A stretch of 64,000 nucleotides of DNA from an uncultured Chloroflexia bacterium (GTDB lineage: Bacteria; Chloroflexota; Chloroflexia; QHBQ01; JADMIH01), in NCBI GenBank assembly GCA_963797095.1, contig CAWCNY010000002.1:992001-1056000 (forward strand), read 5' to 3'. The notes under the pieces were generated by a model that was not told where the DNA came from, searched no databases, and saw only the letters and a program-made list of their open reading frames with translations. Of the stretch, positions 29,579 to 39,430 are shown piece by piece (positions within the stretch are counted from its first letter, which is position 1; each line of letters starts with the position of its first letter). The position numbers and the translations under genes are program-made.

Positions 29579-30079
29579 TCACTCATCACTTGCACTCGTC
29601 ACTCGTCGCTCGTCACTTTTCGGCAAATTCCGTTCGATAATAATGTCGGGATCGCCGCCCATGCGCGCCATCTCATCGGCCATATCGAGGATAATACGCA
29701 CTCCTTCGAGGTTGACTCCACCGCTTGTGAGGTGGCGTATCGACTGAAAACGATTGATATCGTTCTGGGAATAGCGGCGGCGATTGCCCTCGGTGCGGGC
29801 CGGGACCACCAACTGCTTCTCTTCGTAGATACGCAGGGTGCGAGGGTGGAGGCCAAGCAGGTCGGCTGCTACGCTGAGCGTGAAAATCGGCCTGTCCGCG
29901 CTTATTTGTGGTAGCCTGGCGTCTTCCTTGTTTTTGGTTTGCCTGGCACTCTTTGTCGATTCGGATGCGCGCGCTTCACTTCCCCTCACTTGAGTCTCGA
30001 ATTCTTCAGTCTTTGCGTGCCTGCTACTTTCATCTGATCTTTGCTTCTCGCTTCTACGCGGTTGATTATCGGTGAGCAT
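29579..30079 (-). CDS. MerR-family regulator, HspR-like
   Basis: SVAADLLGLHPRTLRIYE, PARTEGNRRRYS, GVNLEGVRII. Confidence 0.85.
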   Translation of the reverse strand: MLTDNQPRRSEKQRSDESSRHAKTEEFETQVRGSEARASESTKSARQTKNKEDARLPQISADRPIFTLSVAADLLGLHPRTLRIYEEKQLVVPARTEGNRRRYSQNDINRFQSIRHLTSGGVNLEGVRIILDMADEMARMGGDPDIIIERNLPKSDERRVTSASDE

Positions 30080-30473
30080 CTTTAATACCTCTGAGCCATA
30101 CGATGGCTCGTAAAGTTGGCTATAAAGTGGGGAGTAGCACAAACGGTGCCACACCCATCAGCCTTTCGGACAGTGAACACGGCCCATCATGCAAAATCGG
30201 GCATGCAGTAATAACACAAAGAGAGACGACTACATAAATCATCTCGTGCCGGTTTATCGTCTCTTCAATACATTATACACAGAAAAGTACTAAAGGATTA
30301 GTCGAAAACTTGACTTTTGTACCACGATACATGCTAGACTGGGCGAAACCACTTGACGTAACATCCGTCATATCTATATCAACGACATACAAGGCTGAAA
30401 GATGGCGGTCTGCAGGCATGCGAAATGCGGAACTTTGTAGCTTGTAATTTGAGGTTCCGACAGGGGAGGTGGC

Positions 30474-31097
30474 ATGAGGCATAGCTGGCGAATTGTCTTG
30501 AGTGGAGTGATCGGGCTGCTGGTATTGGCGGGGTGCGGGTCGGTGCCGCCTGCAGATGGCGGCATGGGCGGATCGCAGGCTAACGCGCCCGCAGTGGTGG
30601 ACGCGGGATCGGCAGTGCCCACAGTCGAGTCGAAAGCGTCTTCGGATGGAAGCACAACCGAAGACACGGCTTCCTGGAATACCGAGCAGCGCACGGCGGG
30701 TGATGTCACCTATTCTTACAAATATCCGGCGGGTTGGACCCCCGAGCTGACGTACTGCGTGCCGGGAGCGGGTCGCAATGCGATTGGCAACGAACTGCCC
30801 GCCCGGTGCGCGGCTACAGATATTCTGGTGGGGCAGAAAGCCCTCGACGTGGGCACTCTGAGAGGTGGGAATATGACCAACCTGACCATAGACAATAAGC
30901 AGGCTATGCGGCAGGTAGACAGCAAGCCACGTAATGGCATGGCCTCGCTCATTTACACCGTCATGATTTATGACGCTACGGGTGCGCCTCTCGTGGGTTT
31001 TTCGACATCAGTTGGCCCAGGTACGGACCAGGCTACCCAGAACAACATCACGGCTACGCTCGACAAGATTGCGGCAACTTTGACTGCTGGGAGGTAG
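30474..31097 (+). CDS. Hypothetical lipoprotein
   Basis: SD GGAGG, lipobox LAGC. Confidence 0.8.
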   Translation: MRHSWRIVLSGVIGLLVLAGCGSVPPADGGMGGSQANAPAVVDAGSAVPTVESKASSDGSTTEDTASWNTEQRTAGDVTYSYKYPAGWTPELTYCVPGAGRNAIGNELPARCAATDILVGQKALDVGTLRGGNMTNLTIDNKQAMRQVDSKPRNGMASLIYTVMIYDATGAPLVGFSTSVGPGTDQATQNNITATLDKIAATLTAGR

Positions 31098-31104
31098 AGA
31101 CGAA

Positions 31105-32436
31105 TTGCCTACTGTGTACTGGCTGCTGCTCGTCGCCCGCCGTCTGGCAAAGCTGCTCGTCCTGGTTGCGGGGTTGGCAGTTCTCTTCTGGAGCGGGACG
31201 AGCCTCACGCAGGCATCCTTGCCAGCGAGCGGTGGATTGGGCATCGCCACCTCCGGGTGGATAACAACCCTCTTTTTGGAGCCGATCACTTACGAGAACG
31301 CCGACTACTACTACGACCAGAACAACCAGCTACAGTATTCAAGCTATATTTTCCATCATGGCATTGACGTTTCGGGCGGGTGTTACGCGGGGACTTACCC
31401 GGTGTACGCGGCGGCTGACGGCGTAGTGGCGCTGGCGCAGTATATCAATGACGGGTATGGCACGCAGGTAGTGATAGACCACGGCTGGAACGTCGGCGGC
31501 AACGGTCGCTATACCTACACCTTCTACGGGCACATGGGCAACCGGGTGACGGGCGACAGGTATATTGTGGTGTCGCCGGGGCAGTATGTGCACGCGGGGC
31601 AGTTGCTCGGATATCAAGGGAACGATGGCAACGCCTTCGGGTCGTGCCCTCCCGATCCCGGCACTCACCTCGATTGGGAAGTCAGGGTCAGCAATGTGCC
31701 TGTGTCATATAGCACCGCTATGCGGTACAGCGCAATCTCAGCGAGCCATAATTATTACGTAGGCCAGCAATTGACCTACGGCCAGCCAGATCCGGTCACA
31801 TGGGTAAGCGCGGGGCCGTTCCCCGGCGGGCCTACGCCGACGCCCGCGCCTCCTGTCGCCACGCCCACGGTTGGCCCAGGCCCATGCGGGATGCAGTTCT
31901 CCGACCTGCCGCCCGGCCACTGGGCCTACGACTACGTTAACTACCTGTATTGTCGCAACATAGTTACCGGGTTCTCGGACGGCACGTTCAGGCCGAATAC
32001 CGAGACTTCGAGGGCCGAGTTTACCAAGTGGATTTCGCTTGGGTTCGGCTGGAACCTGTACAATCCATACTTCCCCTCCTTCACCGATGTGCCACCCACG
32101 CACCCATATTACGAGTACATCGAGACGGCCAAGCTGCGCGGGATCATAGTTGGTTACGGAGATGGCACGTTCGGGCCTGACAACGTGGTGCTGAGAGCGC
32201 AGGCCGCCAAGATGCTGGTGCTGGCGAAAGGCTGGCCGATAGTTACGCCTTCCGATCCGGACTTCTCGGATGTGCCGGTCGATACATGGTCTTACGGGTA
32301 TGTGGAGACGGCCCTTGAGAGAGGGATCATAGGCGGGTATGGGGATGGCACCTTCGGGCCGAGTAATTCGCTAACGCGCGCTCAGTTGAGCAAGATGCTT
32401 GCGCTCACCATGCAGCAGGCGCGACCTGCCCCATAA
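31105..32436 (+). CDS. M23 metallopeptidase with C-terminal SLH domains
   Basis: HHGID, VYAAADG, FYGHM, THLDWEV; three SLH repeats (GFSDGTFRPN...RA). Confidence 0.88.
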   Translation: MPTVYWLLLVARRLAKLLVLVAGLAVLFWSGTSLTQASLPASGGLGIATSGWITTLFLEPITYENADYYYDQNNQLQYSSYIFHHGIDVSGGCYAGTYPVYAAADGVVALAQYINDGYGTQVVIDHGWNVGGNGRYTYTFYGHMGNRVTGDRYIVVSPGQYVHAGQLLGYQGNDGNAFGSCPPDPGTHLDWEVRVSNVPVSYSTAMRYSAISASHNYYVGQQLTYGQPDPVTWVSAGPFPGGPTPTPAPPVATPTVGPGPCGMQFSDLPPGHWAYDYVNYLYCRNIVTGFSDGTFRPNTETSRAEFTKWISLGFGWNLYNPYFPSFTDVPPTHPYYEYIETAKLRGIIVGYGDGTFGPDNVVLRAQAAKMLVLAKGWPIVTPSDPDFSDVPVDTWSYGYVETALERGIIGGYGDGTFGPSNSLTRAQLSKMLALTMQQARPAP

Positions 32437-32475
32437 GCGGCCTGTGATCTGACTGTGCGCTTGCTCTTATCCGGT

Positions 32476-33687
32476 TCAGATGGTGTAAGAGGTCGCGGGG
32501 GCAGTTGGTACGGGCGAGCGCGGCCTTGTTACAAGGTATGAGGCGGCGAAGAGAGCCAGCATGCCCAGGGCGATTGCCGCTGTTGATAGGGCCAGACTTG
32601 GCGCTCCAAAGCCCTCGATCAAGTTGCCTTGAAGCCATGGAATGATCGTTCCGCCCACACTGCCTATCGCCATTATCAGGCTCGATGCCCTGCCTGCCGC
32701 CTGCGGGAAGCGCCCGGCCACTACGGAGACTATAGTTGGGTAGATGGGACCGAATGAGGCTCCCAGGATCACGATAGAGGCAATTGTGAAGACCGGGTTG
32801 CTGACGGTGAGCAACATGCCAAGCCCGCCAAGCAAGGCGATCAACAAGCTTGCCAGGAGCAGGTATCCGGAGCGCACTTTTGTGCCCAGGCCTGCCGCTA
32901 CCAGTCGCCCGGTGGTTAGTGACAGGTAGAAGGCCGAGGCCGTAAATGCCGCGCTTTCGGCAGGGATGTTGGTGGTGCGCTGCATGTAGGTAGCGACCCA
33001 CCCGCCAGTTCCTACTTCGACGCCCACGTAGAGGAGCAAGAGGATACCCAGAAGCCACAGAAAAGGTGAGAGGTAGAATGTGCTTTGTATTGTGGAAGGG
33101 GTTTGCTTCGGTTCGGCCTGTGCGTCCGGCGCTTTTCTCGCGCCCAGGCTGGGCACGGCCAGGATAAGCAGTAGAAGAAGGACCGAGATCAGCCACAGGG
33201 GAGGGAGGGCGGTGTGCCAGAGACCTAGCGAGGCCCCGACCAGAGCAGGACCCACGATGGCCCCCACTCCGTAGAAGACGTTCAATAGGTTGAGGGCGCT
33301 GGCGCTTCGTTTCGCGAAGGTCTGCGCTACCATCACGTTCGCGCCTACTACCAGAGCACCATCACCGAAGCCCCCGAAGGTCATGAAGGCAAGGGTGAGT
33401 GGGAGATTGTGGCTGAGGAGGCCGCCCGCAAGACCTATGCTCAATATGAGCATACCGGCTGCCAGCACCGGACGCGGGCCATATTTGTCGTTGAGCCAGC
33501 CGCTGATTAGCTCGGCGGGCACCGATCCGAGGAAGATAGCGGTGAAAATTGCGCCTGTGGCCGAGAGGCTGCTGGAGTTGTTACGCGCCAGCTCCGGTAG
33601 GGCGGGACCAACGGCGGCGATCATTCCCAGGCAGAGGAATAGATTGCTCGCTATCAGGAGCACTCGGCTTGTGCTCTTGTCTCTCAA
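32476..33687 (-). CDS. MFS transporter (FucP/TsgA-like)
   Basis: About 12 TM helices, LLNVFYGVGA, YVGVEV..GGW, GPIYPT. Confidence 0.9.
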   Translation of the reverse strand: MRDKSTSRVLLIASNLFLCLGMIAAVGPALPELARNNSSSLSATGAIFTAIFLGSVPAELISGWLNDKYGPRPVLAAGMLILSIGLAGGLLSHNLPLTLAFMTFGGFGDGALVVGANVMVAQTFAKRSASALNLLNVFYGVGAIVGPALVGASLGLWHTALPPLWLISVLLLLLILAVPSLGARKAPDAQAEPKQTPSTIQSTFYLSPFLWLLGILLLLYVGVEVGTGGWVATYMQRTTNIPAESAAFTASAFYLSLTTGRLVAAGLGTKVRSGYLLLASLLIALLGGLGMLLTVSNPVFTIASIVILGASFGPIYPTIVSVVAGRFPQAAGRASSLIMAIGSVGGTIIPWLQGNLIEGFGAPSLALSTAAIALGMLALFAASYLVTRPRSPVPTAPATSYTI

Positions 33688-33867
33688 GTGTGTTGTCCTG
33701 GGTTATTTTGTCTGATTCTATTATCGCAGGTCATGACAATGTCGGTCCACCACCCCAGCCCCTTCCCTTCGTCCACTCATTCCCCAAAACCACCCCGAGC
33801 GGGAGACTTGCCCCAAGCAACACGCAGTATCACAATGGACACCGTTGTGGCTGCCCGATGAATTGCC

Positions 33868-34168
33868 ACCCAAGCCAAGTCCCGAAAGGACGCTAGAACA
33901 TAGCCCAGGGTATAAGCCCTATGGATTGTATGCCACCCAAGCAGAAGTCCCGAAGGGACGGCAGAAAGTAGCCCAGGGCGTAAGCCCTGCGGTTAGCAAG
34001 ACTACCCAAAGCAAGTAGTCCCGTAGGGACGTAAGAAGATTAGCATTGCATCATATAGGACCGGGCGATTGTTCTTGCGCCCCTACGGGGCTATGGCATT
34101 TTCCTTGGCTTACCACAGGGCTTGCGCTCCGGGCTATTATCTAGCGTCCCTACGGGACTTGGCTTGGG
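33868..34168. repeat. REP-like / MITE-like cluster bounded by ~56-bp imperfect inverted repeats
   Basis: cccaagccaagtcccgaaaggacgctaga..tagcccaggg..aagccct at the left end is mirrored at 34113-34168; internal direct copies at ~33946 and ~34017. Confidence 0.8.
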
Positions 34169-34220
34169 ATTTATATATGACAACATTGCCCACCACGGGT
34201 GTCCCTATCCCAGATCCCCT

Positions 34221-34356
34221 GAAACTGTACTTAAGTAGACCCCCAAACCTGTCCGTTTTGTCCATCCAATGTCATTTAGCAAGTGAAGGGGAGATCCAAC
34301 CACCTTCCAATCAAACTACCGGAATCCGAAACATCACTGTACTAAAGTACGCATCC
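34221..34356 (+). repeat. Dispersed intergenic element, copy 3 (extended form)
   Basis: GAAACTGTACTTAAGTAGACCCCCAAACCTGTCCGTTTTGTCC...TCCAACC, then a second ACTGTACTAAAGTAC. Confidence 0.75.
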
Positions 34357-34528
34357 ATATCTGGAACTGCTCGCATAATCCGGCATACCCATGCGAAAAG
34401 CCCGCCCTTCGAGGTGATAGGTTGACGCAGGCTCCACATTAAGTTTATAGACTATTGGATGGAGCGGTGGAACGAAGGCTATACAGAGAGATATTCAAGC
34501 GTGAACGTGAGGGTCAGGAGGCATAATA

Positions 34529-35908
34529 ATGAACGCCGGCAATTCAACGGATTTCGCAGCTTACGACGCATATATCGAGGGGCATTTTGACGATATGGTG
34601 AAGGAGTTGCGCGCTTTCTGCGCCACACCCACTCTTGCCGGACAGCGGATCGGTCTGGAAGAAGGCGTGGCGGCGGTGCGTGCCCTATTGGAGGGCGTGG
34701 GCGCGACGGTCAATGCGGTACCTATAGATGACGGCTCGCCTCCCGTAGTGCTGGCCGAGCAAGGCTCTGGCGACAAGACGTTGCTTATCTACAACCACTA
34801 CGATGTGCAACCCCCTGAGCCGCTAGACCTCTGGGAGTCGCCCCCCTATGCGGGCGACGTGCGCGATGGCAGCTTCTATGCGCGTGGGGTAGCCGACGAC
34901 CGGGCCGACTTCCTGTCGCGGGTGCTGGCGGTGCGCGCCTACCAGGCCACGGTAGGGGAGTTACCGTTGAGATTGCGATGGCTGGTGGAGGGTGAGGAGG
35001 AGGTAGGTAGCCCGCACCTCGCTCCTATTGTGGAGCAGCACGCGGACGATTTGCGGGCGGATTGGTGCGTGTGGGAAGGCTCGTGGCGCAACGTTCAAGG
35101 CAACGTACAGATCATCTGCGGCGTGAAGGGGATGCTCTATGTCGAGCTACACGCCAAAGGCCCGAACCACGATGCGCACTCTGGCATGGGCGGTGTGCTG
35201 CCCAACCCGGCCTGGCGGCTGGTGATGGCGCTCTCTACTCTCCGGGACGACAAAGGCAATTTCGTCATGGATGGGCTGGACGAGATTGTGGATACACCAA
35301 CAGAGTTGGACCTGGGAGCCTTGAAGGCTATACCATTCGATGAGGAAGCGTCGCTTGCCATATACGGGTTGGACCACTGGCAGCGGGGCCTCAAGGGGCG
35401 GGATGCGCTGGCTGCCGAGATGTTCGACCCGACGGCCAATATAGCGGGCTTCCACAGCGGGTATGGTGGAGATGGGCCAAAGACTATCGTGCCGAGCAAG
35501 GGTATGGTCAAGATGGATTTCAGGTTGGTGCCTCACCAGACACCCGAAAAGATGCTGGAACTGTTGCGTGCTCATCTTGATAAGCGCGGGTACAACGATA
35601 TCGAGATCGTAGTGCTTGGGGAGCTCTATCCCGCCAAGACGCCCGTAGATCACCCGCTTGTGCAGGAAGGCGCTGCGGTGTGGCGGGACCTGGGCGAAGA
35701 CCCCGTCCTGATAGCGCCGATGACGGGTGGTAGCGGGCCGCTGTCGCTGATCACAGAGGAGCTTGGCATCCCCACTGTGGTGACGGGAGGCGTGGCTAAC
35801 GCCCAGTCGCGTGTCCATTCGCCGAACGAGAGCATCAAGCTGGACGACTTCAAGTTCGCCATCCGCTACTGGGGAAGGCTGTTCGCCAGGTTAGGGCGGC
35901 GAACGTAA
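34529..35908 (+). CDS. M20/M25/M40 family metallo-dipeptidase
   Basis: YNHYDVQP, ARGVADD, EGEEEVGS, HSG, HSPNE. Confidence 0.93.
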   Translation: MNAGNSTDFAAYDAYIEGHFDDMVKELRAFCATPTLAGQRIGLEEGVAAVRALLEGVGATVNAVPIDDGSPPVVLAEQGSGDKTLLIYNHYDVQPPEPLDLWESPPYAGDVRDGSFYARGVADDRADFLSRVLAVRAYQATVGELPLRLRWLVEGEEEVGSPHLAPIVEQHADDLRADWCVWEGSWRNVQGNVQIICGVKGMLYVELHAKGPNHDAHSGMGGVLPNPAWRLVMALSTLRDDKGNFVMDGLDEIVDTPTELDLGALKAIPFDEEASLAIYGLDHWQRGLKGRDALAAEMFDPTANIAGFHSGYGGDGPKTIVPSKGMVKMDFRLVPHQTPEKMLELLRAHLDKRGYNDIEIVVLGELYPAKTPVDHPLVQEGAAVWRDLGEDPVLIAPMTGGSGPLSLITEELGIPTVVTGGVANAQSRVHSPNESIKLDDFKFAIRYWGRLFARLGRRT

Positions 35909-35910
35909 GG

Positions 35911-37095
35911 CTACTCGGGTGATCGCAAAATAAACCGCGTGATCTCAGGCCTGCTGCCGAAGCGGATTGGGGGCTTGCCGCCGATACCCCGGCTGACATA
36001 CATGAGTGTGCCGGAACGCCGGAAGAACCCTTCAACATAGCGGCGTCCATATCGAGACGATACAAGCATAGCGCCCACTAAAGGAAGTTTTATCTGGCCT
36101 CCGTGATTGTGACCCGACAATTGCAGGTCTACACGCCCCGCAGCCTCCATCAGATAGTCGGGAACGTGCGCCAGCAGGACGGTGCAAGCGCCATCCGGTA
36201 TGCCGTGCAGGGCGATATCCAGGTCGGCCCTGCCCGACCAGGGGTCCTCAACGCCCGCTATATAGAGGCTGGCATCGTCCCGCTTCAACTCTACGTGGCT
36301 GTTGGACAAAACCGGAATACCCACCCTACGCAGGGCGTCGGTTACGCGCTCCGCACCCGCTACGTGGTCATGGTTGCCCAGGACCGCCAGCGTGCCTTTG
36401 CCTCCGCGCTGTTGTTGCGACCACGTGCCGAGGGGTGACAGCAATCGAGCCGCGCCTGCTATGTCCTGCGGGTAGGTTTGGTAGTCGCCGGTGAGCGCGA
36501 TCATGTCGGGCGACATCCGCAACACAATCTCCACGTAGCGACTGATGAACTCGGCAGATGCAAAGTGGGCGTAGTGCACGTCGCTGATCTGCACTATGGT
36601 GAAGCTGTCGAACTCCTTTGGGAGATTGGGCAGCATCAGCGTGTGGGTGGCGACCTCAAGATCGTGGATCTCGTTGACCCTGTTGACCAGCCCTTTGAGA
36701 CCGCCTGTGGGGAGATTGTCGTGCGTGCGCAGGGCATCACGCAGCTTGTAGCTTCGTATGGAAGTGGAGAGGAGTTCGGCGGGAGGTGGGGTTGGGTAAG
36801 ATTTACGATAGGCTTCCTGTGCAAGCCAGCGCGCTCCAAGTAGGGTGAAGAAAAGCGCCCAGATTCGGCCAGGAGTATTGGGGAGCAGAATCGACCGGAG
36901 GAAGCCGCGCCAGCCCAGGGTCAGGATATTGGCGAGGCCGATCAAGGGCCAAAGAGCCAGGTGGCTCAGGATGAGCGGTATTTTGGGGAGGCGTTCGGGC
37001 GCGCCTATGAGGACTCTGTTGTTGACGAAAGTGCCTGCTGCTTCGTGGCCTACAAGATCGAGCAGGATGGCGATAAGATTGGCTAATTTGCTCAT
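35911..37095 (-). CDS. Membrane-anchored metallophosphoesterase (YkuE-like)
   Basis: SDVH, LTGD, LGNHD, LLAH.PD, LSGHNHGGQ, SRGIG. Confidence 0.9.
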   Translation of the reverse strand: MSKLANLIAILLDLVGHEAAGTFVNNRVLIGAPERLPKIPLILSHLALWPLIGLANILTLGWRGFLRSILLPNTPGRIWALFFTLLGARWLAQEAYRKSYPTPPPAELLSTSIRSYKLRDALRTHDNLPTGGLKGLVNRVNEIHDLEVATHTLMLPNLPKEFDSFTIVQISDVHYAHFASAEFISRYVEIVLRMSPDMIALTGDYQTYPQDIAGAARLLSPLGTWSQQQRGGKGTLAVLGNHDHVAGAERVTDALRRVGIPVLSNSHVELKRDDASLYIAGVEDPWSGRADLDIALHGIPDGACTVLLAHVPDYLMEAAGRVDLQLSGHNHGGQIKLPLVGAMLVSSRYGRRYVEGFFRRSGTLMYVSRGIGGKPPIRFGSRPEITRFILRSPE

Positions 37096-37141
37096 CAAGA
37101 GCCATATTACTCGATCTTGACCGATGGCTCCAATTGGAATA

Positions 37142-37298
37142 TTGAACGATGGTGGTGTTGGGGATATAATGAGAGTGACCACTTGGATCCACGTTGGGGG
37201 ACTGAGATGGCGGACAGAATTGAAATAACGCGAAGGCCCGATTCGGGTCTTGTCGCGTACCGCCTCAACAGCTCCCAGCGCACAGGGGAGCTTTTTTT
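37142..37298 (+). promoter_or_regulatory. Promoter plus pan-motif-like structured leader ending in an intrinsic terminator (attenuator)
   Basis: TTGAAC-17-TATAAT; bulged stem TGAGATGGCGGAC...GTACCGCCTCA; AGCTCCC...GGGAGCT-T run, 6 nt before panG. Confidence 0.75.
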
Positions 37299-37304
37299 GT
37301 GGCT

Positions 37305-38261
37305 ATGACATCGAACAGCAGACAACGTGTGACCCTCCAGCGCCGGAGACAGGTATACGGGCAATCGCTGCCGGGGCCGATAGGCTTCATTGGGGCAGGC
37401 AAAGTAGGGACCGCGCTGGCGGCCCTGTTGCACCAGCGTGGTGCGCACGTGGCCGCCGTAGCGGGGCGCACGTCCGGGTCGAGTTTTGAGATGGCTCTGG
37501 GTGCGGGATTGAGCGCATCGGTGGCGAAAGACCGGGCGGGAGTGCTGGCAAGCGCATCTATCGTATTCCTGACGGTAACTGACGATGCTATCAAGCCTCT
37601 TTGCGAAGAGATCGCAGCCAACGAGGGATGGCGCGCCGGGCAGGGGGTGGTGCATTGTAGCGGCGCGCTGCCTAGCACCATATTGAGCGCAGCCGGCGAG
37701 CAGGGCGCGCTCGTGGCGTCGTTCCACCCGTTGCAGGCGTTCGCCAGCCTGCAAGCCGCCCTGAAGAATATGCCAGGCTCGACCTTCGCGTTGGAGGGAG
37801 ACGAGACGCTGGTCGCCCAGCTTGAGCAGTTGGCCGAAGCGCTGGGCGGGACGTCACTCCGTATGCGCCCTGAGGACAAGACGCTGTACCACGCGGCTGC
37901 TGTGATCTCCTCGAACTACCTGGTGACGCTGGCCGCGCTGGCGTCTGATCTGCTGGTGCGCGAAGGCGTGTCGCCGGATGCGACCACGGCGGTGCGTCAC
38001 CTGGTGCCTCTGCTCAGGGGCACGTTGGAGAATCTGCAAGCGGTTGGATTGCCCTGGGCGCTGACCGGACCGCTGGTTCGCGGCGACGCAGGAACGGTGC
38101 AGCGCCATCTGAAGGCCCTGGAGGAGATCGCGCCCGACACCGCCGACCTGTATCGCCACCTGGCGCGGCTGACGCTGCCGATGGCCCAGGAGAAGGGCGG
38201 GTTGGACGAGGCACAAGTGGGCAGGCTGCGCGAGGCGCTGGGCATGGAGAACGACTTTTGA
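37305..38261 (+). CDS. Rossmann-like + DUF2520 oxidoreductase, probable PanG-type ketopantoate reductase
   Basis: GAGKVG, HCSGA, FHPLQAF, YHAAAV..SNY, ALTGPL.RGD; first gene of the pan cluster. Confidence 0.88.
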   Translation: MTSNSRQRVTLQRRRQVYGQSLPGPIGFIGAGKVGTALAALLHQRGAHVAAVAGRTSGSSFEMALGAGLSASVAKDRAGVLASASIVFLTVTDDAIKPLCEEIAANEGWRAGQGVVHCSGALPSTILSAAGEQGALVASFHPLQAFASLQAALKNMPGSTFALEGDETLVAQLEQLAEALGGTSLRMRPEDKTLYHAAAVISSNYLVTLAALASDLLVREGVSPDATTAVRHLVPLLRGTLENLQAVGLPWALTGPLVRGDAGTVQRHLKALEEIAPDTADLYRHLARLTLPMAQEKGGLDEAQVGRLREALGMENDF

Positions 38262-38409
38262 TTTGTATTTGGTGGTTTATTTTGGAACACGAAGAAACGA
38301 AGGGAAACGAAGCACGCGAAGTTATGAAGGAATATTCAAATATGAACCTTCGTGATCTTCGGTCTCCTTCGACCCTTCGTGTTCAAGAGACTTCGCAAAG
38401 GAGATACCG

Positions 38410-39285
38410 ATGTCAGTGACTGAGCAACATACAGGGACGGAAACCCAGAGCAGGCCGGGGGCAGGGCGGGTGAGTGTGACCCGGCTGCGCACTATGAAGG
38501 AGAAGGGCGAGAAGATCGTGATGCTTACGGCTTACGACTACTCGACCGCAAAGCTGGCCGATATGGCGGGGATCCCTTTGCTGTTGGTGGGCGACTCGCT
38601 TGGGCGTGTGATGCTTGGGTACGACTCGGAGGTGCGGGTGACAATGGAGGATATGCTGCACCACACCAAAGCGGTGACTCGCGGGGTATCGCGGGCGCTG
38701 GTGGTGGGCGATATGCCTTTCATGAGCTATTCGGTCAGCCCCGAAGAGACGTTGCGGAACGCGGGCCGCTTCTTGCAGGAGGGCGGTGCTCGCGCGGTCA
38801 AGATGGAGGGAGCGGCTGTTGCACAGACGATTGAGCGAGTGGTGGCATCAGGCATCCCTGTGATGGGGCACCTGGGGTTGACGCCCCAATCGATCAACGT
38901 GATCGGCGGGCATAAGATACAGGGTAAGACGCGCGAGGCCGCCGCGAAACTGATCGAGGACTCCCTCGCGCTGGAAAGAGCCGGGTGCTTCGCCCTGGTG
39001 CTTGAGCTTGTGCCCACGCCCCTGGCGGGCCTCATCAGCCGGCGGCTGAGCATACCCACAATCGGGATCGGCGCCGGGCCTCTGTGCGATGGGCAGGTAC
39101 AGGTGGTACACGATTTGTTGGGCTGGTACCCCGATTTCACCCCCAAGCATGCCCGTAAGTACGTGGATATGGCCTCGGCTTTGACCACGGCCTTCGGCGA
39201 TTACATGAATGATGTGCGGGCTGGGACGTTCCCCACTGATGAGAACTCGTTCCCAATGGACGAGTTGTTGTTGGAGGGTTTGTAG
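38410..39285 (+). CDS. panB: 3-methyl-2-oxobutanoate hydroxymethyltransferase
   Basis: MLTAYD, LVGDSL, DMPFMSY, VKMEG, GHLGLTPQS, IGIGAG..CDGQV. Confidence 0.97.
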   Translation: MSVTEQHTGTETQSRPGAGRVSVTRLRTMKEKGEKIVMLTAYDYSTAKLADMAGIPLLLVGDSLGRVMLGYDSEVRVTMEDMLHHTKAVTRGVSRALVVGDMPFMSYSVSPEETLRNAGRFLQEGGARAVKMEGAAVAQTIERVVASGIPVMGHLGLTPQSINVIGGHKIQGKTREAAAKLIEDSLALERAGCFALVLELVPTPLAGLISRRLSIPTIGIGAGPLCDGQVQVVHDLLGWYPDFTPKHARKYVDMASALTTAFGDYMNDVRAGTFPTDENSFPMDELLLEGL

Positions 39286-39430
39286 AAGACCTGACGTGTT
39301 CCAGGAAAGCGATAGACTGGAAAAAAGATCGGATATGCGTATACTGTAAAGCGAAACATGATAAATTGCTGGACTCGCTACGATGCGTGTTTGGCCCGAA
39401 CAACTTTCAAAGGAGAAAGGGAATAAAGCA

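Noticed and set aside
30380-30450. Possible riboswitch upstream of the lipoprotein-M23 operon
   Set aside because: Only a short TACAAG/CTTGTA stem, with no convincing c-di-AMP or c-di-GMP consensus.
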